Shown here: positions 18,091-25,639 of the stretch, one piece after another
How the letters are laid out: each line of letters starts with the position of its first letter
Numbering within the stretch: the stretch's first letter is position 1
Assembly: GCA_031273645.1 (NCBI GenBank)
Contig: JAISRM010000144.1
Span: 1 to 36,512 of the forward strand
DNA from: Endomicrobium sp.
GTDB lineage: Bacteria > Elusimicrobiota > Endomicrobiia > Endomicrobiales > Endomicrobiaceae
DNA length: 36,512 bases
Direction: 5' to 3'
Made by a program: the position numbers and the translations under genes
Notes under the pieces: model-generated
What the model saw: the letters and a program-made list of their open reading frames with translations, nothing else
Databases searched by the model: none
What the model was told of the DNA's origin: nothing

Positions 18091-18942
18091 CAGCAGGCTT
18101 CGCCTGTTTTTAAAGATTAATTGTTTACTATTGTTTTGGTTGTCATTATGACCTGCGCGCAGCAAGCTGCGCGGTATCAGCGTTAACTGTCAGCGCAAAC
18201 TATCAGCGATAGCTGTCAGCGGTCAACTGATTTTTTAAACATGGATTTCCACCCGATAAAAACACTCGAGCGCAGACTGCTAAGGAAGAACAAATATTAA
18301 AATCACGGGAATGACAGGCACAAAAAAAACAGACGGAGTCTGCAGCCTTCAGCTGTTTTATAAGAACAGATGCGGTCTGAAAAGAAATAATGTTAGAAAC
18401 TATATTAATATTAAAAATGGATTCCCTTTTTCACGGGAATGACAGGCACAAAAAAAACAGACGAAGTCTGTTCCGCTTTTGCGGCAATGACAACTTGAAA
18501 AACAGGCGAAGCCTGATTTTTAACTGCCATAATAAAAATAGAAGTTATCAATAGACAGAGAGCTTCAAACACAAAAAAACAGGCGAAGCCTGCAGCCTTC
18601 GGCTGTTTTATGAGAACAGACGCGGTCTGAAAAGAAATAATGTTAGAGGCTATATTAATATTAAACATGGATTCCCGTTTTCACGGGAATGACAGACCTT
18701 GAAAAACAGGCGAAGCCTGCAGATGAAGTCTGTTCCGCTTTTGCGACAATGACAACTTGAAAAACAGGCGAAGCCTGATTTTTAACTGCCATAATAAAAA
18801 TAGAAGTTATCAATAGACAGCAAGCTTCAAACACAAAAAAACAGGCGAAGCCTGCTGTGGATGATTAGGGAAAAAGGACATTTAGACTTTCGGTAATGAC
18901 AGTTAAGCTGCGCCTTGCGGCAAGCTGCGGGGTACAGGTTAA
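18091..18942. repeat. Intergenic mosaic repeat cluster R6, the largest, with a ~250-bp tandem duplication
   Basis: Contains a P hairpin (18094-18106), a palindromic box (18153-18174), an S module (18175-18240) and a C module (18241-18315). Two tandem units follow (18343-18592 and 18593-18854), each ending in the 78-nt F module. Confidence 0.92.
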
Positions 18943-18965
18943 CAATAAAATAAGGGAGGTCAGAA

Positions 18966-20045
18966 ATGGAGAGAAAAGTAAAAGCGGCTCAGTACGGCTG
19001 CGGGAAAATGTCGGTTTACACAATGCGTTACGTTTATGAAAAAGGCGGAGAAATTGTAAGCGCTTTTGACGTAAGACCCGAAGTTATCGGCAAAGACATC
19101 GGCGACATTATAGGAGGCGGCAAAAAAGGCGTAATAGTGCGCGACGCAAAGGAAGCCGAAACCGTCTTTTCAAAAGACAAACCCGACATTTGTATTATCA
19201 CCACAATGAGCCTTATGCAGGATTTAAAAACTGCTTTTTTAATCTGCGCAAAAACCGGAGTTAACGCCATATCGACCTGCGAAGAAGCTTTTTATCCTCA
19301 AAATTCTTCTCCCGCTCTTACAAAAGAAATCGACGACCTTGCAAAAAAGAACAACTGCACAATTTGCGGCTCCGGATATCAAGACGTTTTCTGGGGAAAC
19401 CTTATAACAGTTCTTTCGGGCGCAACCCAGACGATAACAAAAATCAAAGGCAAATCGAGCTACAATGTTGAAGATTACGGAATAGCTTTAGCAAAAGCGC
19501 ACGGCGCGGGACTTGATCTTGAAACCTTTGAAAAAGAAATAGCTTCAGCCGACAGAGTAAGCGATGAAGAAAGACAAAAAGTTATAGAATCCGGCAGCTA
19601 TCTTCCTTCATACATGTGGAACGTCAACGGCTGGCTTTGCGACAAGCTCGGCCTTACAATACTGCGCCAAACGCAAAAAACGGTTCCGCAGACTTATTCT
19701 AAAGATTTAAAAAGTTCTACGCTTGCCATGACGGTTCCGGCAGGCCATGCAACAGGAATGTCTGCCGTAGTTACTACCGAAACAAAAGAGAACATAACGA
19801 TAGAATCAGAATGCATAGGCAAAGTTTACGCTCCCGAAGAATTTGACTGCAACGACTGGACGCTTATAGGCGAACCTTCAACACAGGTAATTATCAACAG
19901 GCCGGCGACGGTAGAACTTACCTGCGCCACAGTAGTGGGAAGAATTCCCGACGTTATAAACGCGGCGGCAGGTTATGTCAGCACAGACAAAATGCCGGCG
20001 CCTCAATACAGAACTAAACCTTTAAACGAATATGTAAAAAAATAA
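18966..20045 (+). CDS. NAD(P)-binding DapB-N-like oxidoreductase, candidate amine dehydrogenase (2,4-diaminopentanoate dehydrogenase-like family)
   Basis: 359 aa. The N-terminal Rossmann-like motif VKAAQYGCGKMSVYTMRYVYEKGGEIVSAFDVRPEVIGKDIGDIIG resembles that family. GGGAGG is the RBS. The functional call is by motif memory only. Confidence 0.5.
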   Translation: MERKVKAAQYGCGKMSVYTMRYVYEKGGEIVSAFDVRPEVIGKDIGDIIGGGKKGVIVRDAKEAETVFSKDKPDICIITTMSLMQDLKTAFLICAKTGVNAISTCEEAFYPQNSSPALTKEIDDLAKKNNCTICGSGYQDVFWGNLITVLSGATQTITKIKGKSSYNVEDYGIALAKAHGAGLDLETFEKEIASADRVSDEERQKVIESGSYLPSYMWNVNGWLCDKLGLTILRQTQKTVPQTYSKDLKSSTLAMTVPAGHATGMSAVVTTETKENITIESECIGKVYAPEEFDCNDWTLIGEPSTQVIINRPATVELTCATVVGRIPDVINAAAGYVSTDKMPAPQYRTKPLNEYVKK

Positions 20046-20060
20046 AAGGGAGCAAAATCT

Positions 20061-21692
20061 ATGGAAAAAAATAACGACGTTTTAGGCGCAATAAACAGGG
20101 GTAACCCTACTCCGTCGGGATTATGCACCCTTTGCAGAGCGGACTGTCAAGGCAAATGCGAAACATGGCTGTCGTCAATAAAAGGCAGAAAAATGCTCTA
20201 TCCCAGAGACTTCGGCGTTGTAACGGCAGGCAGCGGCATTGAAACGCAGACCGGAATTTCTTACGACGCGCTTAGAATAAACGGATACTGTTACGGAGCG
20301 GCCGGACTTCCTAAAGGCTTATCCGATTCTCAAGACGACTGCGTTTTTCCAAACGTTAACACCGAAATTTCATTTGGAACAAAAATCAAAACAAAAGCGC
20401 GCATCCCGTTAATGACGGGCGCTTTGGGCTCCACGTTTATAGCGGCAAAATATTGGAACTCTTTTGCCATAGGCGCGGCTTTAGCGGGGTTTCCGATAGT
20501 TATAGGCGAAAACGTCGTCGGCGTTGACAAATCTTCCTCGCTTGAAAACGGCAAAATAAACAAAGCTCCGGAACTTGAAAGGCGTATCGACGCGTATTTA
20601 AAATATTACGACGGGTTTGGCGCAATAATAGTTCAGATGAACGTTGAAGACACAAGAAACGGCGTGGCGCAATACATAATAGACAAGTACGGCGACAAAG
20701 TGATTTTAGAGCTGAAATGGGGGCAAGGCGCAAAAAATATCGGCGGCGAAATTCAAGTTACAGATTTGGAATACGCGCTTTTTTTAAAAAACAGAGGATA
20801 CGTTGTTGACCCCGACCCGACGGCCGCCGAAGTTCAGGCGGCGTTTAAAGCGGGCGCCATAAAATCTTTTGCCCGCCACAGCAGAATAGGATACACCAAC
20901 TTAAACACAGCAGCGCAAGTGCAGGAAGATTTCAAAAAAAGTGTAGAATATCTTCGGAGCATAGGGTTTAAGCGCATATCGCTTAAGACCGGTTCTTACG
21001 GTATGGAAGCGCTGGCTATGTCGATAAAACTTGCTTCCGAAACGGAACTCGATTTGCTTACTATAGACGGTTCCGGCGGCGGCACGGGTATGAGCCCGTG
21101 GAACATGATGCAGTCGTGGGGAGTTCCTTCCATACTTCTTCATGCAAAAGCCGCGCAATATGCGGCCGCTCTTAGCGCGCGCGGAAAAAAAGTTGCAGAT
21201 ATAGCTTTTGCCGGAGGGTTTGCAAGAGAAGACCAAATTTTTAAAGCTTTAGCGCTTGGCGCGCCGTTCGTTAAATTAATATGTATGGGCCGAGCCGTTA
21301 TGATTCCCGGCTTTTTAGGTTCAAACATAGAAGGCGCGATAAAACCTGACGAAAAAGACGCGCTAAACGGCAACTGGAGCCAGCTGCCGCCGTCGTTAAA
21401 AGAGCACGGCTCATCTGCGGAAGAAATTTTTGCCGGCTATTACGACGTAGAAAAGAAAATAGGAAAATCTGAAATGAAAAACATTCCTTACGGCGCAATT
21501 GCAATTTGGACGCTTGCCGATAAATTAACCTGCGGCTTGCAGCAGCTTATGGCGGGAGCGCGCAGATTTTCAATGCCGGCAATTTCAAGAGACGATATTT
21601 TTTCAGTCAACAGAGAAACAGAAAAAGAAACAGGAATTAAATTCATAACAGACGCCCAAGACGAAAGCGCGTTAAACATATTAAATTCCTAA
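20061..21692 (+). CDS. FMN-binding glutamate-synthase-family protein (GltB domain-2-like) with an N-terminal Cys cluster
   Basis: 543 aa with IDGSGGGTGMSPW and FAGGFAREDQIFKALALGAPFV, typical of the glutamate synthase FMN/TIM domain. C-x2-C-x3-C-x3-C (CTLCRADCQGKC) lies at aa 22-33. GGGAG is the RBS, 15 nt after the upstream stop. Confidence 0.75.
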   Translation: MEKNNDVLGAINRGNPTPSGLCTLCRADCQGKCETWLSSIKGRKMLYPRDFGVVTAGSGIETQTGISYDALRINGYCYGAAGLPKGLSDSQDDCVFPNVNTEISFGTKIKTKARIPLMTGALGSTFIAAKYWNSFAIGAALAGFPIVIGENVVGVDKSSSLENGKINKAPELERRIDAYLKYYDGFGAIIVQMNVEDTRNGVAQYIIDKYGDKVILELKWGQGAKNIGGEIQVTDLEYALFLKNRGYVVDPDPTAAEVQAAFKAGAIKSFARHSRIGYTNLNTAAQVQEDFKKSVEYLRSIGFKRISLKTGSYGMEALAMSIKLASETELDLLTIDGSGGGTGMSPWNMMQSWGVPSILLHAKAAQYAAALSARGKKVADIAFAGGFAREDQIFKALALGAPFVKLICMGRAVMIPGFLGSNIEGAIKPDEKDALNGNWSQLPPSLKEHGSSAEEIFAGYYDVEKKIGKSEMKNIPYGAIAIWTLADKLTCGLQQLMAGARRFSMPAISRDDIFSVNRETEKETGIKFITDAQDESALNILNS

Positions 21693-21786
21693 CAGACTGC
21701 GTCTGTTGAAAGGCAGGCTCTTTGTTTAAAAAATCGGCGTTAACTGCTGACAGTCAGCGATACTGCCGTACAGCTTGCTGCGCGGA
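21692..21786. repeat. Short repeat cluster R7 (P hairpin, S-like module, inverted palindromic box)
   Basis: ACAGACTGCGTCTGT (21692-21706) abuts the stop codon. It is followed by GTTAACTGCTGACAGTCAGCGATACTG and CCGTACAGCTTGCTGCGCGG (21766-21785). Another degenerate piece lies at 22085-22130. Confidence 0.8.
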
Positions 21787-22005
21787 GGTTCATTAATATG
21801 TTTGCGCCGGACGGCTATCGCCGGACGATTATCGTCGAGAATTTTTTGATGAAAATCGTCCGATGAGAATCGTCCGGCGCAATGTTGTCAAACGGAAGTT
21901 GTTCAACAGAAATTATCCCAACAAAAGTTTTCAGAGCAATCGCCGGACGCGCCGCCGCCGACGGCGGCAGCGCCAAAACCGCTGCATAATAAACGTCTAA
22001 GCCGC

Positions 22006-22045
22006 AAAAAGAAGCCCGCAAACAAAATCCGCGGGCTTCTTTTTT
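22006..22045. terminator. Strong bidirectional intrinsic terminator
   Basis: AAAAA, then GAAGCCCGC (22011-22019), an 11-nt loop, GCGGGCTTC (22031-22039) and TTTTTT. The 9-bp stem is perfect. Confidence 0.8.
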
Positions 22046-22197
22046 ACGCGCGCCCCTAATTTCAAAACGTCTGTAATGCAACCAAACAGTCTTCGGCTGT
22101 TTTATGAAATAGCCGTGTCTGTTTTGTCGTCAATTCTTAACGCACTCTTGTAATATTAATCTATCCCCAAAAACCAGACCATATGTAATATACATAT

Positions 22198-22239
22198 TTG
22201 ACTTTGGCGCTAACTTCGTGTACAATGTTAGCGCCAAAG
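22198..22239 (+). promoter_or_regulatory. abiE promoter with overlapping inverted-repeat operator
   Basis: TTGACT (22198-22203), 17-nt spacer, TACAAT (22221-22226). The perfect 13-bp inverted repeat CTTTGGCGCTAAC (22202-22214) / GTTAGCGCCAAAG (22227-22239) brackets the -10. AAGGA is the RBS before ATG 22253. Confidence 0.75.
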
Positions 22240-22252
22240 TAAAGGATTATAT

Positions 22253-22837
22253 ATGAACGAATTGAAATCTTTGCTTAAAAAGAAAAACGGTATTATTACA
22301 ACAGCGGAAGCAAACGCTATTGGTATATCTCGTGCGCAGCTGTGGCTGCTTGCTAAAAGCGGCGAGCTGGAGCATGTTGCTCACAGCATTTATATTTCTC
22401 CTGACATTTTACCTGACAAAATGTATATTTTACAGAAACAGCGGTCTAAATTAATCTATTCGCATGAAACAGCTTTGTTTCTTCATAATCTTACTGATAG
22501 AGACCCCATAAATTATAGTGTTACCGTTCCGATTGGATATAATACAAAACATCTTAAGCAAGACGGGGTAACGGTTTTTTCATTAAACTTAAGTTTATAT
22601 AAAAAAGATATCATAACAATGCAAACAGGTTTTGGGCATCCTGTGTTTCTGTATGGTCTTGAAAGAACAATTTGTGATTGTATAAGAAGCCGTAATCAGA
22701 TGGATATCGCAGTTGTTACTCAGGCTCTTAAAGAATATTCAAAACGAAAAGATAAAAATCTTAATTTACTTATGAAAACAGCTAAAGATTTTGGAATAAC
22801 AAAAGTTATGCGTAATTATATGGAGGTTTTGCTGTGA
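22253..22837 (+). CDS. abiEi: Type IV toxin-antitoxin system antitoxin/transcriptional regulator, AbiEi family
   Basis: 194 aa. The N-terminal wHTH GIITTAEANAIGISRAQLWLLAKSGELEHVAHSIY is typical of AbiEi_4. It has a 4-nt GTGA overlap with the downstream NTase gene. Confidence 0.8.
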   Translation: MNELKSLLKKKNGIITTAEANAIGISRAQLWLLAKSGELEHVAHSIYISPDILPDKMYILQKQRSKLIYSHETALFLHNLTDRDPINYSVTVPIGYNTKHLKQDGVTVFSLNLSLYKKDIITMQTGFGHPVFLYGLERTICDCIRSRNQMDIAVVTQALKEYSKRKDKNLNLLMKTAKDFGITKVMRNYMEVLL

Positions 22838-23661
22838 AAACATCTACGCAGCTAAAAGCCTTAATGAGAAATTTTGCCAAAGAAAGAAATATAAATCCGG
22901 AAATTGTTTTACGCAATTTTATGTTGGAGCGGTTGCTTGAAAGAATTTCAATTTCAAAATATAAAAATAAATTCATTCTTAAAGGCGGTATGCTGATATC
23001 GTCAATGGTTGGCATAGATACGCGCAGTACTATGGACTTGGACGCTGTTATTAAGAAAATGAAACTGACAGAAGATGATATAAAGTCAGTAATTAAAGAA
23101 ATTTTATCCGTTCCTATAGACGATAATGTCAGATTAACTTTTAAAAACATAGAAGAAATCCGAGAAGACGCAGACTATCCCGGCTACCGCGTTTCTGTTG
23201 AAGCAATTTTGGATAAGACAAAACAACTTATTAAAGTAGATGTCAGCGCAGGCGATTTTGTAACGCCGAAAGAAATTAAACATGATTTTAAACTTATGTT
23301 TGAAGATAGAAGTATATTGGTTATGGCATACAATGTGGAAACGGTTCTTGCGGAGAAATTTGAAACAACTATTGCCCGAGGTATAACTAACACAAGAATG
23401 AGAGATTTTTATGACATATATATTTTAACCAAAACGCATGCTTTTGATAAAAAGATTTTTAAGAGCGCCTTAGAAAAAACTGCTCAAAATCGTAATACAA
23501 TACAACAGATAGCAGAAACCGACAGCATAATAGAAACAATTGAAAAAAGTTCTGTCATGTCTGATTTATGGAAAAGATATCAGAAAAAATACGCATATGC
23601 AGCTGATATTTCTTGGACAACAATGGTGGATTCTGTAAGATTGTTAGCCGTCGAATTATAA
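22834..23661 (+). CDS. abiEii: Nucleotidyltransferase toxin, AbiEii/AbiGii family (DUF1814)
   Basis: 275 aa, GTG start. The NTase motif is FILKGGMLISSMVGIDTRSTMDLDAV, and the position downstream of abiEi is the canonical one. Confidence 0.8.
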   Translation: MKTSTQLKALMRNFAKERNINPEIVLRNFMLERLLERISISKYKNKFILKGGMLISSMVGIDTRSTMDLDAVIKKMKLTEDDIKSVIKEILSVPIDDNVRLTFKNIEEIREDADYPGYRVSVEAILDKTKQLIKVDVSAGDFVTPKEIKHDFKLMFEDRSILVMAYNVETVLAEKFETTIARGITNTRMRDFYDIYILTKTHAFDKKIFKSALEKTAQNRNTIQQIAETDSIIETIEKSSVMSDLWKRYQKKYAYAADISWTTMVDSVRLLAVEL

Positions 23662-23756
23662 ATGAAATTCCCAGATAAAATAAGCCCTATTTTAGCGCCA
23701 TATTTGATTTATGGAAGCAAAACGGTTTGTTATATTACCTCATGATTGTTTGCTTA

Positions 23757-24266
23757 AATTGTACCCCGCCGGTTTGTAATTGCCATGAAAATAGGAATCA
23801 AAGTTTGCTAACAGCCTTCGGCTGTTTTATAAAAACAGACGCAGTCCGGGTCTGTCATTCCCATGAAAATGGGAATCCACGTTTGCTAAAAAAATCTTTT
23901 TACAGCCTTCGGCTGTTTTATAAAAACAGACGCAGTCTGAAAAGAAATAATGTTAGAGGCTATATTAATATTAAACATGGATTCCCACCCGATAAAAACA
24001 CTCGAGTGCAGGCTGCTAAGGAAGAACAAATATTAAAATCACGGGAATGACAGGCACAAAAAAAACAGACGAAGTCTGTCCCGTTTTCGCGGGAATGACA
24101 GACCTTGAAAAACAGGCGAAGCCTGATTTTTAACTGCCATAATAAAAATGGAAGTTATCAATAGACAGAAAGCTTCAAGCACAAAAAAACAGGCGAAGCC
24201 TGTCTTGTTTTCGCGGGATGACGAAGCAGACGCGTCTTTTTTGATAAAACAGCAGCCGAAGGCTGA
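23757..24266. repeat. Intergenic mosaic repeat cluster R8
   Basis: Contains an inverted GGGGTACAATTT box, H hairpins, a 200-bp composite element, an F module (24125-24202) and CAGCCGAAGGCTG (24253-24265). Confidence 0.9.
23853..24052 (+). mobile_element. 200-bp composite MITE-like element, best-preserved copy
   Basis: TGTCATTCCCATGAAAATGGGAATCCA ... ATGGATTCCC-[C module]-CGGGAATGACA. The C module sits inside the right terminal hairpin. A 35-nt double-palindrome insert (GCCTTCGGCTGTTTTATAAAAACAGACGCAGTCTG, 23904-23938) sits inside the AT-rich core. Confidence 0.55.
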
Positions 24267-24320
24267 ATTAATGGGTTAAGAAAAAGAAGGATTGAAAATC
24301 CAAATCCAAGCGGGCGGGGG

Positions 24321-25334
24321 TTAATAAATTACGCCTTTTATTTTATTGTACTCTTCTTTTACGGTTTGAACGGCTTCTTTAGGCTGTCTGTTTTCGTCAT
24401 AAACTCCAAAACTGTTTTCCATGCCTGCGCCAGGAGTTTTTTCATAAGAACCTTTTGCCGGATCATCGATGAGCATAAACAAATAGCCGCTTTCCATAGA
24501 TCTAATCAAAGTTTCAAGCGCTGCTTCTTGCGCGCGCTGCGCATTTGAACCGTCGGCGTCAACCGACGCTCTGCCAAATTCCCCCAGCACCCACGGCATG
24601 TTTTTTGCAAAAGAATACCAATCGTCTTTGGCAAACCCGAAATTTGAACCTCTGTAAATGTTTGTCATTACAAGGTTAAGCCCGAGCTTTACATATTTTT
24701 TGTATTCTTTTTTTGAAGGAAGTTCTCCGTGAACAGTGGCTACAATTTTATTAGGAGCAAGTTTTTTGGCGGTTTTTACGGCGAGCTTAAGTTTTTTAAG
24801 CCATTCTTTTTTAGTAAACCATTGATCGTAATGATAATTGTATTCGTTTCCCAAAACTATCATCAAAATGGCAGGGTGATTGCCAAACATTTCAAGATAC
24901 TGCTCCATCAATCCTTCGGAACGCATATCTTCATAAGAAAAGCCTGCCGCAACTGTAATTCCTTCTTCAAGAAAAGCGTCTAAAATTTGAAGAGTTTGAG
25001 TTTTGTTAAGCGAACCGTCTTCAAAATAAGCGCCCAAAGGTCTGTAAGTTCTTATGGAATTTGCGCCTATATTTTTTATCAAAGATAAATCCGTTTTATA
25101 ATGCTGCCAATAAGACAGACCGGCAATGTCGGGAGCGTAACATACGCCTTTGATAATATAGCGCGCTTTTTTGCCTTTTTCGTCAGTAACTATTATTTTT
25201 CTATCGGCCACTTTAGCTTTAGCCACATAAATACCGTCGGGATTTTTCTTTGCCGCAACATGAGCGCATGAAAACAAAAAAGCGGACGCGCAAACAAAAA
25301 CTGCCGATAATAATATGTTTTTTATCATACTCAT
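24321..25334 (-). CDS. Clan GH-A (GH5-like TIM-barrel) glycoside hydrolase lipoprotein
   Basis: Lipoprotein signal MSMIKNILLSAVFVCASAFLFSC. Also IKGVCYAP and GANSIRTY, a candidate acid/base LGNEYNYH and a candidate nucleophile VLGEFG. The ORF extends to 25427, but that part runs toward repeat sequence, so ATG 25334 (or 25328) is preferred. Family-level call only. Confidence 0.6.
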   Translation of the reverse strand: MSMIKNILLSAVFVCASAFLFSCAHVAAKKNPDGIYVAKAKVADRKIIVTDEKGKKARYIIKGVCYAPDIAGLSYWQHYKTDLSLIKNIGANSIRTYRPLGAYFEDGSLNKTQTLQILDAFLEEGITVAAGFSYEDMRSEGLMEQYLEMFGNHPAILMIVLGNEYNYHYDQWFTKKEWLKKLKLAVKTAKKLAPNKIVATVHGELPSKKEYKKYVKLGLNLVMTNIYRGSNFGFAKDDWYSFAKNMPWVLGEFGRASVDADGSNAQRAQEAALETLIRSMESGYLFMLIDDPAKGSYEKTPGAGMENSFGVYDENRQPKEAVQTVKEEYNKIKGVIY

Positions 25335-25404
25335 ATTATATAAATAAACCATGCAAAAAACCATTTTTAATTTGAAAAACGTAATTTTGTGAACGGCAAC
25401 GCGG

Positions 25405-25620
25405 ATCAACCCGCCCGATAAAGACACTCGAGCGCAGGCTGCTAAGGAATAAAAAATATTAAAAATGCGAAAATGACAAGCTGCGCTTGTCGTATCATCA
25501 TATTTCGCGGGAATGACAACAAAGATTTTGGAATGACAACAAAGATTCGTACTGTCGTTTCATAAAACAGACGAAGTCTGCATAAAACAGGCGAAGCCTG
25601 CATAAAACAGACTTCGCCTG
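25405..25620. repeat. Intergenic mosaic repeat cluster R9
   Basis: Contains a C module (25409-25475), the direct repeat GGAATGACAACAAAGATT x2 (25509-25548), and three 20-nt tandem units CATAAAACAG(A/G)C(GAA/TTC)G(T/C)CTG (25561-25620). Confidence 0.9.
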
Positions 25621-25639
25621 TAGTTTGAGTTTGGACTGA

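Noticed and set aside
18411-18668. ORF 18411..18668 (-, 85 aa), and likewise 23727..24050 (+, 107 aa)
   Set aside because: Both lie inside repeat clusters R6 and R8, read across several palindromic modules, and have no start context.
21863-22000. The 45-aa Arg-rich ORF as ribosomal protein L34 (rpmH)
   Set aside because: It lacks the conserved L34 pattern (KRTFQPS...HGFR..M). Its basic run is encoded by a GC hairpin, so it may be non-coding.
21815-22081. ORF 21815..22081 (-, 88 aa)
   Set aside because: It reads straight through the strong terminator hairpin (22011-22039) near its 5' end and has no RBS. The plus-strand mini-ORF/structure interpretation fits better, though it is also unproven.
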